A stretch of DNA of 64,000 nt from Anaeramoeba ignava BMAN (lineage: Eukaryota > Protista > Anaeramoebae). The position numbers and the translations under genes are program-made. Under the pieces are notes generated by a model that saw only the letters and a list, made by a program, of their open reading frames with translations, did no database searches and was not told the origin of the DNA. Every line of letters begins with the position of its first letter. Position 1 is the first letter of the stretch. Of this stretch, positions 36,616 through 54,000 are shown in pieces. The DNA lies in NCBI GenBank assembly GCA_028826165.1, contig JAPDFW010000017.1, positions 14,527 through 78,526 of the forward strand, written 5' to 3'.

Positions 36616-38659
36616 TTTTTTTTATTAATTTATTTATTTTCTTTCTTTTATTTTTATTTTTTCATTTTTTATTTTTTCTTTTCTTTTTTTTTTTATAAAT
36701 TAGAATAAAATTTGATTTTTTTTTATTTTTTTTTTGATTTATATTTATATAAATTGAAATTAAGTTGATAAAAATATTATTTATTTTTGATTTATACTTT
36801 TAAAAATTTATTTTTATTTTTAAACATTTTGTTACCATATATATTTTGAATTGATATTTATTATTATATATTTATTAATTATATATTCATTCTTTATATT
36901 TATATAATATAATTAATATTCATTTTTATTTATTATTTTTCATTTCAAATTTATTTATTTTAATAATTAATAATAATAAATTTTGATTTATAATTAATTA
37001 ATTAATTAATTCTAATATTTTTATTTTATTAATAATTCAATTATTATTTTCAAAATTTATTTTTATTTTATTAATTTTATTTTTGATTTTTCAAAATTTA
37101 TTTACACACAAAATAAAATGAAAAATAAAATAAATTACAATTAAAAATATTTATTAAATTGTTTTAAAATATAAAATATAAATTAAATTGAAAAATAAAT
37201 TAAATTAAATTAAATTGAAAAAAATTGAATATAATTGAAAATTAAATTAAATTGAAATTTATTATTTAAATTGAAAAAAAATTTTTATTTTTTAATTGAA
37301 AATTAAATTTAATTTATAAAATTATTTAAATTTGAATGAAAAAATAATAAAAAAATAATAAAAAAATAAAAAGAAATAAAAATAATTAAAACAATTATGA
37401 ATTTTATAATTGAAAATTTAATTGAAAATGTAAATTCAAAAAAATTTAATTAAAAATAAAAATGAAAATCAAATCTAAAATTTTTTTTCCTTTTTAATTT
37501 AAATTAATAAAAATTTCAAAAAAATTTCAATCTTTTAAATTAAATTAAATTAAATTAAATTAAATTAAATTAAATTAAAATTAAAATTAAATTTCAAATT
37601 AAATTAAAAAAAATATCAAATTTAAAATTAAATTAAAAATAAATTAAATTAATTTGAAAATGAAATTTAAAATAAATAAAAATAAATCAAATCAAAATAA
37701 ATTAAAATCAAATTAAAGATAAATAAAAATTAAAATCAAATCAAATTAAATTCAAATATAAATAGAAATTAAATTTAATTCAAATTAAAATTTAAATTTC
37801 AAATTTAAATTCAAATTAAATTGAAAATAAAATGAAATTGAAAATGAAAATGAAAATGAAAATGAAATTAAATTATATTTAAAATAAATTAAATTGTAAA
37901 TGAAATTAAAATGAAATTTTGAATAAAATAATAAATGAAAATAAATAAATAATTATTCTAAAAATATAAAAAGAATTACAAAATAAAAATCAAATCCAAA
38001 AAGAATATTTAATAAAATATATTTTTATTAATATATTTATTATTCTTATATTATATTTATTATATTATTTATTAATATAATATTGATAATAAATTTGATT
38101 CCATTATTATATTAATTTTGAATATATATTTTGATTTAATATTTATTATTGAAAAATGTTTAAAATATATAAATTGGAATAAAATTTGATTTTTTTTATT
38201 TTTTTGATTTATATTTATATAAATTGAAATAAAGTTGATAAAAAAATATTATTTATTTTGATTTATACTTTTAAAAATTTATTTTTATTTTTAAACATTT
38301 TACATTACATATATTTTGAATTGATATTTATTATTATATATTTATTAATTATATATTCATTCATTATATTTATATAATATAATTAATATTCATTTTTATT
38401 TATTATTTTTCATTTCAAATTTATTTATTTTAATAATTAATAATAATAAATTTCATTTATAATTAATTAATTAATTAATTCTAATATTTTTATTTTATTA
38501 ATAATTCAATTATTATTTTCAAAATTTATTTTTTATTTTATTAATTTTATTTTTGATTTTTCAAAATTCATTTACACACAAAATAAAATGAAAATAAAAT
38601 AAATTACAATTAAAAATATTTATTTATTAAATTTATTATAAAAAATATGAAAATAATAA

Positions 38660-39430
38660 ATTGAAAATGAAATTGAAAATGAATTGAAATGAATTGAAAA
38701 TTAAATGAAAATAAATTGAAAATAAATTGAAAATGTAATTGAAAATAAAATTGAAAACAATTGAAAATGTAATTGAAAATGTAATTGAAAATGTAATTGA
38801 AAATGTAATTGAAAATGTAAATTGAAAATGTAATTGAAAAAAATGAAAATTGAAAATAATTGAAAATGAAATTGAAAATGTAATTGAAAATGAAATGAAA
38901 AATAATGAAAATGTAATTGAAAAGAAATAAATTGAAAATGTAATTGAAATGTAATTGAAAATGTAATTGAAAAAAAAAAATGAAAAATTGAAAAAATTGA
39001 AAAAATGAAAAATTGAAAAATGTAATTGAAAATTTAATTGAAAATGAAATTGAAAAATAAATACTTTTGAAAATGTAATTGAAAAATGTAAATGAAAAAT
39101 AATTGAAAATTAATTGAAAATTAATTGAAAATGTAATTGAAAATGTAATTGAAAATGTAATTGAAAATGTAATTGAAAATGTAATTGAAAATGTAATTGA
39201 AAATGTAATTGAAAAATGTAATTGAAAATGTAATTGAAAATTAAATTGAAAATGTAATTGAAAATGTAATTGAAAAATTTGAAAATTGAAAATTAAATTG
39301 AAATTGTAATTGAAAATTAATTGAAAATTAAATTGAAAAATTAAATTGAAAAATTGAAAAATGAAAATTAATTGAAAATGTAAAAAAATCAAAAAATGAA
39401 AATTGAAAAATGAAAAAAAATTGTAATTGA
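38660..39430 (+). repeat. (AATTGAAAATGT)n, noisy
   Basis: Direct inspection. Confidence 0.85.
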
Positions 39431-42400
39431 AAATAAAAAAAAAAAAATAAATTAAATTAAATTAAATCAAATTGAAAAAATAAATGAAAATAAATTCAAA
39501 TCAAATTAAATCAAATTGAAAATAAAAAAAATTAAATTGAAAATAAAATAAATAAATTGAAAAAGAAAAATAATTGAAAATTCAAAAAATTCAAAAGAAA
39601 TAAATTAAATTTAAATTCAAATTCAAATTCAAATTCAAATTAAAAATCAAATTAAATTAAAAATTAAATTAAATTTAAATTCAAATTAAATTAAATTCAA
39701 AATTAAATTAAAATTGAAAATGAAAATGAAAATTGAAATGAAATTAAATTATATTTAAAATAAATTAAATTGTAAATGAAATTAAAATGAAATTTTGAAT
39801 AAAATAATAAATGAAAATAAATAAATAATTATTCTAAAAATATAAAAAGAATTACAAAATAAAAATCAAATCCAAAAAGAATATTTAATAAAATATATTT
39901 TTATTAATATATTTATTATTCTGATATTATATTTATTATATTATTTATTAATATAATATTGATAATAAATTTGATTCCATTATTATATTAATTTTGAATA
40001 TATATTTTGATTTAATATTTATTATTGAAAAATGTTTAAAATATATAAATTAGAATAAAATTTGATTTTTTTATTTTTTGATTTATATTTATATAAATTG
40101 AAATAAAGTTGATAAAAATATTATTTATTTTGATTTATACTTTTAAAAATTTATTTTTATTTTTAAACATTTTACATTATATATATTTTGAATTGATATT
40201 TATTATTATATATTTATTAATTATATATTCATTCATTATATTTATATAATATAATTAATATTCATTTTTATTTATTATTTTTCATTTCAAATTTATTTAT
40301 TTTAATAATTAATAATAATATATTTTGATTTATAATTAATTAATTAATTAATTCTAATATTTTTATTTTATTAATAATTCAATTATTATTTTCAAAATTT
40401 ATTTTTATTTATTTTATTAATTTTATTTTTGATTTTTCAAAATTCATTTACACACAAAATAAAATGAAAATAAAATAAATTACAATTAAAAATATTTATT
40501 AAATTGTTTACAAAATATAAATTAAATTGAAATTGAAATTAAATTAAATTTTAAGTTGAAAATTGAATATAATTGAATTAATATTAATATTAATTATTAT
40601 TTAATATTTTATAGATTAATTATTTTTGAAATTGAAAATTAAATTATTATTTATAAATATTATTTATATTTTTGATAAAAGAATAATAAAATAATAAAAT
40701 AATAAATAATAAAGAAATAAAAATAATTAAAACAATTCATCAATTTTATATTTATTTTTTCTCCTTTTATTTTTATATATTTTCTCCATTTCAAAAATAC
40801 TTTTTTATCTTTTAAAAATACTTTTATCTTTTCTATTTTTTTCTCCTTTTAATTTATAATTTTATTTTCTCCATTTCAAAAAAAATACTTTTTATCTTTT
40901 TATAAATTTTTATTAAATTAAATTAAATTAAATTAAATTAAATTAAATTAAACAACTTTTAATTATATTTTTGATTAATTTAAATTCAAAATATCTTTTA
41001 TTTATTTATTTATTTATTTTTGTTACAAAATTTTCAATAAATTAATTTAAAATGAGATGAATGAATAAAGAATAAATCAAATAAATAAATCAAATAAAAT
41101 GAATAGATATATAAATAGTTATTAATAATAATGAATATAAATAGAATATTTATTTAATATTAATTAATTATTAATTTAATTTAATTTCATTTATTTTATA
41201 ATTCAAACTAAAATTGAAATTGAAAATGAAAATGAAAATGAAAATGAAATTAAATTATATTTAAAATAAATTAAATTGTAAATGAAATTAAAATGAAATT
41301 TTGAATAAAATAATAAATGAAAATAAATAAATAATTATTCTAAAAAATATAAAAAGAATTACAAAATAAAAATCAAATCCAAAAAGAATATTTAATAAAA
41401 TATATTTTTATTAATATATTTATTATTCTTATATTATATTTATTATATTATTTATTAATATAATATTGATAATAAATTTGATTCCATTATTATATTAATT
41501 TTGAATATATATTTTGATTTAATATTTATTATTGAAAAATGTTTAAAATATATAAATTAGAATAAAATTTGATTTTTTTATTTTTTTTGATTTATATTTA
41601 TATAAATTGAAATTAAAGTTGATAAAAAAATATTATTTATTTTGATTTATACTTTTAAAAATTTATTTTTATTTTTAAACATTTTACATTATATATATTT
41701 TGAATTGATATTTATTATTATATATTTATTAATTATATATTCATTCATTATATTTATATAATATAATTAATATTCATTTTTATTTATTATTTTTCATTTC
41801 AAATTTATTTATTTTAATAATTAATAATAATAAATTTTGATTTTATAATTAATTAATTAATTAATTCTAATATTTTTATTTTATTAATAATTCAATTATT
41901 ATTTTCAAAATTTATTTTTTATTTATTTTATTAATTTTATTTTTTTGATTTTTTCAAAATTCATTTACACACAAAAATAAAATGAAAATAAAATAAATTA
42001 CAATTAAAAATATTTATTAAATTGTTTACAAAATATAAATTGAAATTGAAAATGAAAATAAATTAAATTAAATTTTAAGTTGAAAATTGAATATAATTGA
42101 ATTAATATTAATATTAATTATTATTTAATATTTTATAGATTAATTATTTTTGAAATTCAAAATTAAATTATTATTTATAAATATTATTTATATTTTTGAT
42201 AAAAGAATAATAAAATAATAAAATAATAAAATAATAAAGAAATAAAAATAATTAAACAATTATCAATTTTATATTTATTTTTCTCCTTTTATTTTTTATA
42301 TTTTTTCCATTTCAAAAATTTAAAAAATTTTTTTATCTTTTAAAAATACTTTTTATCTTTTAAATTTTTTATTTTTTATTTTTTTAATTTATAATTTTAT

Positions 42401-43723
42401 TTTCTCCATTTCAAAAATACTTTTATCTTTAAATTCAAATTAAATTAAAAACAACTTTTAATTAAAATATTTTTGATTAATTTAAATTCAAAATTAAATT
42501 TTCAATAAATTAATTTAAAATGAATAAATGAATAAATAAATAAATAAAATAAAAAATAAAATAAATAAATAAATCAAATAAAATGAATAGATATATAAAA
42601 TTATTTATTAATAATAATAATGAAATAAATAGAATATTTATTTAAATTAATTAATTCAAAAATTAATTTTAATTTAATTTTTTCATTTTATTTTTTTATA
42701 ATTCAAATCTAAATTGAAATTAAATTGAAATGAAAAATGAAAATGAAAAATTAAAATTAAATATTTAAAATAAATTAAATTGTAAATGAAATTAAAATGA
42801 AATTTTGAATAAAATAATAAATGAAAATAAATAAATAATTATTCTAAAAATATAAAAAGAATTACAAAATAAAAATCAAATCCAAAAAGAATATTTAATA
42901 AAATATATTTTTATTAATATATTTATTATTCTGATATTATATTTATTATATTATTTATTAATATAATATTGATAATAAATTTGATTCCATTATTATATTA
43001 ATTTTGAATATATATTTTGATTTAATATTTATTATTGAAAAATGTTTAAAATATATAAATTAGAATAAAATTTGATTTTTTTTATTTTTTTTGATTTCAT
43101 ATTTATATAAATTGAAATTAAAGTTGATAAAAAAATATTATTTATTTTGATTTATACTTTTAAAAATTTATTTTTATTTTTAAACATTTTACATTATATA
43201 TATTTTGAATTGATATTTATTATTATATATTTATTAATTATATATTCATTCATTATATTTATATAATATAATTAATATTCATTTTTATTTATTATTTTTC
43301 ATTTCAAATTTATTTATTTTAATAATTAATAATAATAAATTTTGATTTATAATTAATTAATTAATTAATTCTAATATTTTTATTTTATTAATAATTCAAT
43401 TATTATTTTCAAAATTTATTTTTATTTATTTTATTAATTTTATTTTTGATTTTTCAAAAATTCATTTACACACAAAATAAAATGAAAATAAAATAAATTA
43501 CAATTAAAAATATTTATTAAAAATTGTTTATAAAAATATAAAAAAATTGAAATTGAAAATGAAAATAAATTGAAAAAATTGAAAATTGAAAATTGAAAAT
43601 TGAAAATAATTGAAAAAAATGAAAATTAATTGAAAAATTAATTAAATTTAAATTTTATAAATTTGAAAATTTTTGAAAATTAAAATTAAAAAATTAATAA
43701 AAAAGAAATTATTTATATTTTTA

Positions 43724-43758
<35 letters not shown>

Positions 43759-46700
43759 AAAATAAAAAAAAATAAAATTGAAATTAAAATTGAAAATTAT
43801 CAATTTTAATTTATTTTTCTCCTTTAATTTTTATAAAATTGATTTCAAAAATTTATTTTTGAAAAATAAAAAAATTAAATTTAAATTAATTTAATTTTAT
43901 TTTTAAATTTAAATTAAATGAAAAATATTTTTTTAAATTTTAAAAATAAAATTAAATAAAATTTGAAATGAAAATTTTAAAAAATTGAATTAAAAATTTT
44001 TTTTAAATTTAAAAAATTTAAATTTAAATTTATTAAAATTTATAAATTAAATTTATTTATTTAAATTTATTTTTTATTAAATTGAATTTAAATTTAAAAT
44101 AAAAAATTAAATTAAAAATTTAAATTTAAATTTATTTAAATATAAATAAATTTAAAATTTAAAATTTTAAAATTTAAATTTAAAATAAATTTATTTATGA
44201 AATTTATTTATTTATTTATTTATTTATAAAATTTATTTAAATTTAAATAAAATTTTAAATAAATTATTTAAAAAATGAAAAAATAAAAAAAAAAATAAAA
44301 TAAATTTTAAATCAAATAAAAAATTCAAATAAATTCAAAAAAATAAAAAATAAATAATATATAAATATTATAAATTTAAATAATAATGAATATTAAAATA
44401 GAAAATTTAAATTAATTAATAAAATTAATTTAAATTTAATTTCATTTTATTTTATAATTCAAATCTAAATTTAAATTTAAAATTAAATTGAAATTAAAAT
44501 TGAAAATGAAAATTAAATTATATTTAAAAATAAATTAAATTAAAAATGAAATTAAAATAAATTTGAATAAAAATAATAAAATGAAAAATAAATAAATAAT
44601 TATTCTAAAAATATATTAAAAAATTACAAAATAAAAATCAAATCCAAAAAGAATATTTAATAAAATATATTTTTATTAATATATTTATTATTCTGATATT
44701 ATATTTATTATATTATTTATTAATATAATATTGATAATAAATTTGATTCCATTATTATATTAATTTTGAATATATATTTTGATTTAATATTTATTATTGA
44801 AAATGTTTAAAATATATAAATTAGAATAAAATTTGATTTTTTTTATTTTTTTTGATTTATATTTATATAAATTGAAATAAAGTTGATAAAAATATTATTT
44901 ATTTTGATTTATACTTTTAAAAATTTATTTTTATTTTTTAAACATTTTACACTATATATATTTTGAATTGATATTTATTATTATATATTTATTAATTATA
45001 TATTCATTCATTATATTTATATAATATAATTAATATTCATTTTTATTTATTATTTTTCATTTCAAATTTATTTATTTTAATAATTAATAATAATAAATTT
45101 TGATTTATAATTAATTAATTAATTAATTCTAATATTTTTATTTTATTAATAATTCAATTATTATTTTCAAAATTTATTTTTATTTATTTTATTAATTTTA
45201 TTTTTGATTTTTCAAAATTTATTTACACAAAAATAAAATGAAAATAAAATAAATTACAATTAAAAATATTTATTAAATTGTTTACAAAATATAAAATGAA
45301 ATTGAAAATGAAAATTAAATTAAATTAATTTTTAAGTTGAAAATTGAAAATAAAATTGAATTGAAATTAATATTAAAAATTGAATTTAAAATTTTTTAAA
45401 TTAAATTATTTTTGAAATAAAATTAAATTATTATTTATAAATATTATTTATATTTTTGATAAAAAAATTTTTGAAATAATAAAATAATAAAAATAAAAAA
45501 ATAAATTAAAATTAAATAATTATAAATTTTAGAAATTTATTTTTAATTTTTAATTTTTATTTTTATTTTAAATTTAAATTATTTTCTCCATTTCAAAAAT
45601 TATTTTTTATATATTAAAAAAATTGATTTTTATCTTTTCTATTTTTCTCCTTTTAATTTATAATTTTATTTTCTCCATTTCAAAAAAAATGCTTTTTATC
45701 TTTTTTATTAAATTAAATTAAATTAAATTAAATTAAATTAAATTAAATTAAATTAAATTAAATTAAATTAAATTAAATTAAATTAAATTAAATTAAAAAC
45801 AACTTTTAATTTTGAAAATTAATTTAAAAATAAATTAAATATATTTATTTAATTTAAATTTTTTTTATTATAAAATTTTCAATTTAAAATAAAATGAAAA
45901 ATGAAAAAAAATAAATCAAATAAATAAATCAAATAAATGAATAGATATATAAAATTTATTAATAATAATAATGAATATAAATAGAATATTTATTTAATAT
46001 TAATTAATTATTAATTTTTATTTAAATTTAATTTATTTTAAAATAAAATGAAAATTTTAAATTGAAAAAAAAAAAAAAAAATGAAATTGAAAATGAAAAT
46101 GAAATGAAATTAAATTATATTTAAAAATAAATTAAATTGTAAAAATGAAGTTAAAATGAAATTTTGAATAAAATAATAAATGAAAATAAATAATTATTCT
46201 AAAAAATATAAAAAGAATTACAAAATAAAAATCAAATTAAAAAAAAAAGAATATTTAATAAAATATATTTTTATTAATATATTTATTATTCTGATATTAT
46301 ATTTATTATATTATTTATTAATATAATATTGATAATAAATTTGATTTCATTATTGTATTAATTTTGAATATATATTTTGATTTAATATTTATTATTGAAA
46401 ATGTTTAAAAAATATATAAATTAGAATAAAATTTAATTTTTTTTATTTTTTTTTGATTTATATTTATGTAAATTGAAATAAAGTTGATAAAAAAAATATT
46501 ATTTATTTTGATTTATACTTTTAAAAATTTATTTTTATTTTTTAAACATTTTATATTACATATATTTTGAATTGATATTTATTATTACATATTTATTAAT
46601 TATATATTCATTTATTATATTTATATAATATAATTAATATTCATTTTTATTTATTATTTTTCATTTCAAATTTATATTTTTTTAATAATTAATAATAATA

Positions 46701-48900
46701 AATTTTCATTTATAATTAATTAATTAATTAATTCTAATATTTTTTGTTTTATTAATAATTCAATTATTATTTTCAAAATTTATTTTTATTTATTTTATTA
46801 ATTTTATTTTTTTTGATTTTTCCAAAATTTATTTACACACAAAATAAAATGAAAATAAAATAAATTACAATTAAAAATATTTATTAAATTGTTTACAAAA
46901 TATAAATTGAAATTGAAATTGAAATTAAAAATTAAATTAAATTGAAAATTGAAAATAATTGAATTAATATTAATATTAATATTAATTATTATTTAATATT
47001 TTATAGATTAATTATTTTTGAAATGAAAATTATTATTATTTATAAATATTATTTATATTTTTGAAAAAATAATAATAAAAATAAATAAAATAAAAATAAA
47101 AACAAAATAAAAGAAATAAAAAAAATAATTATAAAAACATTTATCATTTTATTTTATATATATTTAGAGAAATTGATTTTTATTTTTATATTTAAAAATA
47201 TTTTTTTTAATTTAAATTTTTTTTTTTACATTTTTTTTTTTTTTCTATTTTTTAAAAATTTTTAATTTATAATTTTATTTTCTCCATTTCAAAAATACTT
47301 TTATCTTTTTTATTAAATTAAATTAAATTAAATTAAATTAAACAACTTTTAATTATATTTTTAATTTAATTTTTAATTTAAAAATTTATCTTTTTATTTA
47401 TTTATTTATTTATTTTTGTTACAAAATTTTCAATAAATTAATTTTTGAAAAAATTTAAATAAATAAAGAATAAATAAATCAAATAAATAAATCAAATAAA
47501 ATGAATAGATATATAAATAGTTATTAATAATAATAATGAATATAAATAGAATATTTATTTAATATTAATTAATTATTATTATTAATTTAATTTAATTTCA
47601 TTTATTTTATAATTCAAATCTAAATGAAAATTAAATTGAAAATGAAAATGAAAATGAAAATGAAAATGAAAATGAAAATGAAATTAAATTATATATTTAA
47701 AATAAATTAAATTGTAAATGAAATTAAAATGAAATTTTGAATAAAATAATAAATGAAAATAAATAAATAATTATTCTAAAAATATAAAAAGAATTACAAA
47801 ATAAAAATCAAATTCAAAAAGAATATTTAATAAAAATATATTTTTATTAATATATTTATTATTCTGATATTATATTTATTATATTATTTATTAATATAAT
47901 ATTGATAATAAATTTGATTCCATTATTATATTAATTTTGAATATATATTTTGATTTAATATTTATTATTGAAAAATGTTTTTAAAAATATAAATTAGAAT
48001 AAAATTTGATTTTTATTTTTGATTTATATTTATATAAATTGAAATAAAGTTGATAAAAATATTATTTATTTTGATTTATACTTTTAAAAATTTATTTTTA
48101 TTTTTAAAACATTTTATATTATATATATTTTGGATTGATATTTATTATTATATATTTATTAATTATATATTAATTCATTATATTTATATAATATAATTAA
48201 TATTCATTTTTATTTATTATTTTTCATTTCAAATTTATTTATTTTAATAATTAATAATAATAAATTTTGATTTTATAATTAATTAATTAATTAATTCTAA
48301 TATTTTTATTTTATTAATAATTCAATTATTATTTTCAAAATTTATTTTTATTTATTTTATTAATTTTATTTTTGATTTTTCAAAATTCATTTTACAAAAA
48401 ATAAAATGAAAATAAAATAAATTACAATTAAAAATATTTTATTTATTTAATTTATAAAATATAAAAATATGAATTAAATTGAATTAAAATTAAAATTAAA
48501 TTGAAAATTGAAAATTAAAATGAAAATAGAAATTAAATTGTAAAATGAAATTGAAATTGAAAAAAATTAAATTAAATTAAATTTAAAAATGAAATTGCAA
48601 ATAAATAAATAAATAAATAGAAGAAGAAAAAGAAGATAAAATATATATTATATTTTAAAAATTGATTATTAATTCTAAATTAATAAAAACAAAAATTAAA
48701 TTAAATTAAATTAAATTAAATTAAAATTAAAATTAAAATTAAATATTTATTTATAAATATTTTAATTTACAAAATACTAAAAATATATATATCAAATATA
48801 AAAATAAATTTCAAAATTAAAAAATAAAAAAACATAAATTAAAAATAAAAATAAAAAATAAATTAAATTATGAATAAATTATGAATAAATTATTATTAAT

Positions 48901-48926
48901 CCCCTTATGCCCCTTCAACCCAACCC
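48901..48926 (-). other. Canonical G-quadruplex motif, copy 2
   Basis: CCCC-TTATG-CCCC-TTCAA-CCC-AA-CCC. Confidence 0.8.
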
Positions 48927-49284
48927 AATTTTAATTTCCTTTTTATTTCCTTTATAAATTAACTATAAATGAAATTGAATATAAATTTGAATTGAAATAA
49001 ATGTAAATTAAATGTAATTCTGTTGTAAATTAATTCAAAACATACTTCAATTTTGTTTTACAATTGAAGTAAAATAATTATTTTATATTAAATTGAATAA
49101 AAAATATAATAAAATAACTTAATTCAATATTGATTTACTTTTTGTTCTGTTTTAATTCAAAATAAATGAAAATCAAAATAAATCAATGAAAATCAAATAA
49201 AATTGAAATTAAATTGAAAAATAAGTGTTTAAACATAAATTCGTTTTATTGATAAATAAATAAAATCAAATCAAAATGTAAAAT

Positions 49285-51000
49285 TATTTGATTTAATTGT
49301 AAATTGAATTTAATTGTTATTTGATTTAATTGTAAATTGAATTAATTTATTTGATTTAATTGTAAATTGAATTGTAAATTTAATTGTAAATTGAATTGTA
49401 AATTTAATTTAAATTGAATTTTAAGAATTTAATTGTAATTGAATTTATTTTAATATTTGTAAATTGAATTTAAATTTAATTTTATTTAAATTGAATTGAA
49501 ATTTAATTGTAAATTGAATTTAAATTTAATTTAAATTGAATTTTAATTTATTTTAAAATTTAATTGTAAATTTAAATTAATTTTAAATTTAATTTAATTT
49601 AAATTTAAAATTTAATTTTAAATTTAATTAATTAAATTGAATTGTAAATTGAATTTAATTGTAAATTGAATTGTAAATTGAATTTAATTTTAATTTAATT
49701 TAAAATTGTAATTTAATTTTATTTAATTTAATTGTAAAAATTGTAAAATTTATTTATTTAATTTAATTGTAAATTATATTTTTTATTTTAATTTAATTTT
49801 AAATTATTTATTTAATTTAATTGTAAATTGAATTATTTATTTAATTTAATTGAAAATTGAATTATTTATTTAATTTAATTGAATTTAATTGAGATTTTAA
49901 TTTATTTAATTTAATTTAAATTGTAAAATTGAATTTAATTTAATTTAATTGAATTAATTAAATTTAATTTAATTTAAATTGAAATAAAAATGAAATTAAT
50001 TTAATTTAAATTTAATTATTTAATTAAATTGATTAAATTGAATTCAATTTAAAATTTAAAATGAATTTAATTTAAATTGAAAATTGAATTATTTATTTAA
50101 TTTAATTGTAAAATTGAATTAATTTATTAAATTTAAATTTAATTTAATTTAAAAATTAAATTGAATTTTATTTAATTTAATTTATTAATTTGAATTTAAT
50201 TTATTTAATTTAATTGTAAATTGAATTTAATTTATTTAATTTAATTGTAAATTGAATTGAAATTTATTTAATTTAATTGTAAAATTGAATTTAATTTATT
50301 GAATTAATTTTAAATTTAAATTATATTTATTAATTTAATTTGTAAATTGAATTTTATTTATTTAATTTAATTGTAAATTGAATTTTATTTATTTAATTTA
50401 ATTGTAAATTGAATTTATTTTTAATTTAATTTAAATTAAATTTAATAAATAATTTAATTGTAAAATTGAATTTATTTATTTAATTTAATTGTAAATTGAA
50501 TTTATTTTATTTAATTTAATTGTAAATTGAATTTAATTTAATTTAATTTAATTTAAATTGAATTTAATTTTTAATTGAATTTAATTTATTTATTTAATTT
50601 AATTTAATTATAAAATTGAAATTTAATTTAATTGTAAATTGAATTTATTTTTTTAATTTAATTTAAATTGAAAAAATTTAAATTTAATTTAAATTTTATT
50701 TAAATTTAAATTAAATTTAATTAAAAATTTTTTATTTAAATTTAATTGTAATTGATTGATTTATAATTTAATTAATTATTTAATTTAATTTAAAATTGAA
50801 TTTATTTGATTTAATTGTAAATTGAATTTATTTAATTTAATTGTAAATTGAATAAATTTAATTTAATTTAAATTGAATTTAATTTAATTTAATTTAATTT
50901 AAAATTGAATTATTTATTTAATTTAATTTAAAAAATTGAATTATTTATTTAATTTAATTCAAATTGAATGTAATTTAATTGTAAAATTAAAAAATTCAAA
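49285..51000 (+). repeat. AATTTAATTGTAAATTGAAT minisatellite (noisy copy)
   Basis: Same core and same flanks as 17395-19945. Confidence 0.85.
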
Positions 51001-54000
51001 TTTTTAAATTGAATTATAAAAATTTAAATTAAATTGAAATTTATTTGATTTTTAAATAAAATTTAATTCAAAAAAAAAAAAAAAAAAAATCAAAATAAAA
51101 ATCAGAAATGAATATTGATTGATTTTTTTTGTGTTTATTTATAATGTAAAGTTGATTTTAATCTAAATTGAAAATTTAAATGAATTCAAATTAAATTAAA
51201 TTCAAATTCAAATTAAATTAAATTCAAATCAAAATCAAATTAAATTCAAATTAAAATCAAATTGAAAATGAAATTGAAAATGAAATTAAATTATATTTAA
51301 AATAAATTAAATTGTAAATGAAATTAAAATGAAATTTTGAATAAAATAATAAATGAAAATAAATAAATAATTATTCTAAAAAATATAAAAAGAATTACAA
51401 AATAAAAATCAAATCCAAAAAAAAAGAATATTTAATAAAATATATTTTTATTAATATATTTATTATTCTGATATTATATTTATTATATTATTTATTAATA
51501 TAATATTGATAATAAATTTGATTCCATTATTATATTAATTTTGAATATATATTTTGATTTAATATTTATTATTGAAAATGTTTAAAATATATAAATTAGA
51601 ATAAAATTTGATTTTTTTATTTTTTTGATTTATATTTATATAAATTGAAATAAAGTTGATAAAAAAATATTATTTATTTTGATTTATACTTTTAAAAATT
51701 TATTTTTATTTTTTAAACATTTTACATTATATATATTTTGGATTGATATTTATTATTATATATTTATTAATTATATATTCATTATTTATATTTATATAAT
51801 ATAATTAATATTCATTTTTATTTATTATTTTTCATTTCAAATTTATTTATTTTAATAATTAATAATAATAAATTTTGATTTATAATTAATTAATTAATTA
51901 ATTCTAATATTTTTATTTTATTAATAATTCAATTATTATTTTCAAAATTTATTTTTATTTATTTTATTAATTTTATTTTTTTGATTTTTTCAAAATTTAT
52001 TTACACACAAAATAAAATGAAAATAAAATAAATTACAATTAAAAATATTTATTAAATTGTTTACAAAATATAAATTGAAATTGAAATTGAAATTAAAATT
52101 AAATTAAATTGAAATTGAAAATAATTGAATTAATATTAATATTAATTATTATTTAATATTTTATAGATTAATTATTTTTGAAATGAAAATTAAATTATTA
52201 TTTATAAATATTATTTATATTTTTGATAAAAGAATAATAAAATAATAAAATAATAAAATAATAAAGAAATAAAAATAATTAAAACAATTATCAATTTTAT
52301 ATTTATTTTTTTTCTCCTTTTATTTTTATATATTTTCTCCATTTCAAAAAAATACTTTTTATCTTTTTAAAAAAATACTTTTTATCTTTTCTATTTTTTT
52401 TCTCCTTTTTAATTTATAATTTTATTTTCTCCATTTCAAAAATACTTTTTATCTTTTTTATTAAATTAAATTAAATTAAATTAAATTAAATTAAATTAAA
52501 TTAAATTAAATTAAATTAAATTAAATTAAATTAAATTAAATTAAATTAAATTAAATTAAATTAAATTAAATTAAATTAAATTAAATTAAATTAAACAACT
52601 TTTAATTATATTTTTGATTAATTTAAATTCAAAATATCTTTTATTTATTTATTTATTTATTTTTGTTACAAAATTTTCAATAAATTAATTTAAAATGAGA
52701 TGAATAAATCAAATAAATAAATCAAATAAATAAATCAAATAAAATGAATAGATATATAAATAGTTATTAATAATAATAATGAATATAAATAGAATATTTA
52801 TTTAATATTAATTAATTATTAATTTTATTTAATTTCATTTTTATTTTAAAATTAAAAATCTAAATTAAATTGAAATTGAAATTGAAAATTGAAAAATTAA
52901 ATTATATTAAAAAATAAATTAAATTGTAAATGAAATTAAAATGAAATTTTGAATAAAATAATAAATGAAAAGAAATAAATAATTATTCTAAAAATATAAA
53001 AAGAATTACAAAATAAAAATCAAATCCAAAAAGAATATTTAATAAAATATATTTTTATTAATATATTTATTATTCTGATATTATATTTATTATATTATTT
53101 ATTAATATAATATTGATAATAAATTTGATTCCATTATTATATTAATTTTGAATATATATTTTGATTTAATATTTATTATTGAAAATGTTTAAAATATATA
53201 AATTAGAATAAAATTTGATTTTTTTATTTTTTTGATTTATATTTATATAAATTGAAATAAAGTTGATAAAAATATTATTTATTTTGATTTATACTTTTAA
53301 AAATTTATTTTTATTTTTAAACATTTTACACTACATATATTTTGAATTAATATTTATTATTATATATTTATTAATTATATATCCATTATTTATATTTATA
53401 TAATATAATTAATATTCATTTTTATTTATTATTTTTCATTTCAAATTTATTTATTTTAATAATTAATAATAATAAATTTTGATTTATAATTAATTAATTA
53501 ATTCTAATATTTTTTATTTTATTAATAATTCAATTATTATTTTCAAAATTTATTTTTTATTTTATCAATTTTATTTTTTTTGATTTTTCAAAATTCATTT
53601 ACACACAAAATAAAATGAAAATAAAATAAATTACAATTAAAAATATTTATTAAATTGTTTTTACAAAATATAAATTGAAATGAAATTAAAATTAAATTAA
53701 AATTAAAAAATGAATATTAAATTAAATTATTTTATATTTTTTAAAAATATAAATTGAAATTGAAATTGAAATTGATAAAAAATTCAAATTAAAAAAAAAA
53801 ATTAAATTTAAAATTCAAATTAAATTAAATTTAAATTGTTTATAATATATATAAAAAAATTTTTATTTTTGAAATTTAAATTAAAATAAATTGAAAAAAT
53901 TAAATTTAAATTTTATATAAAGAGAAAAAATTTTTAAAATATAAATTCAAATTAAATTCAAATTAAATCAAAATTAAATCAAATCAAATTCAAATTAAAT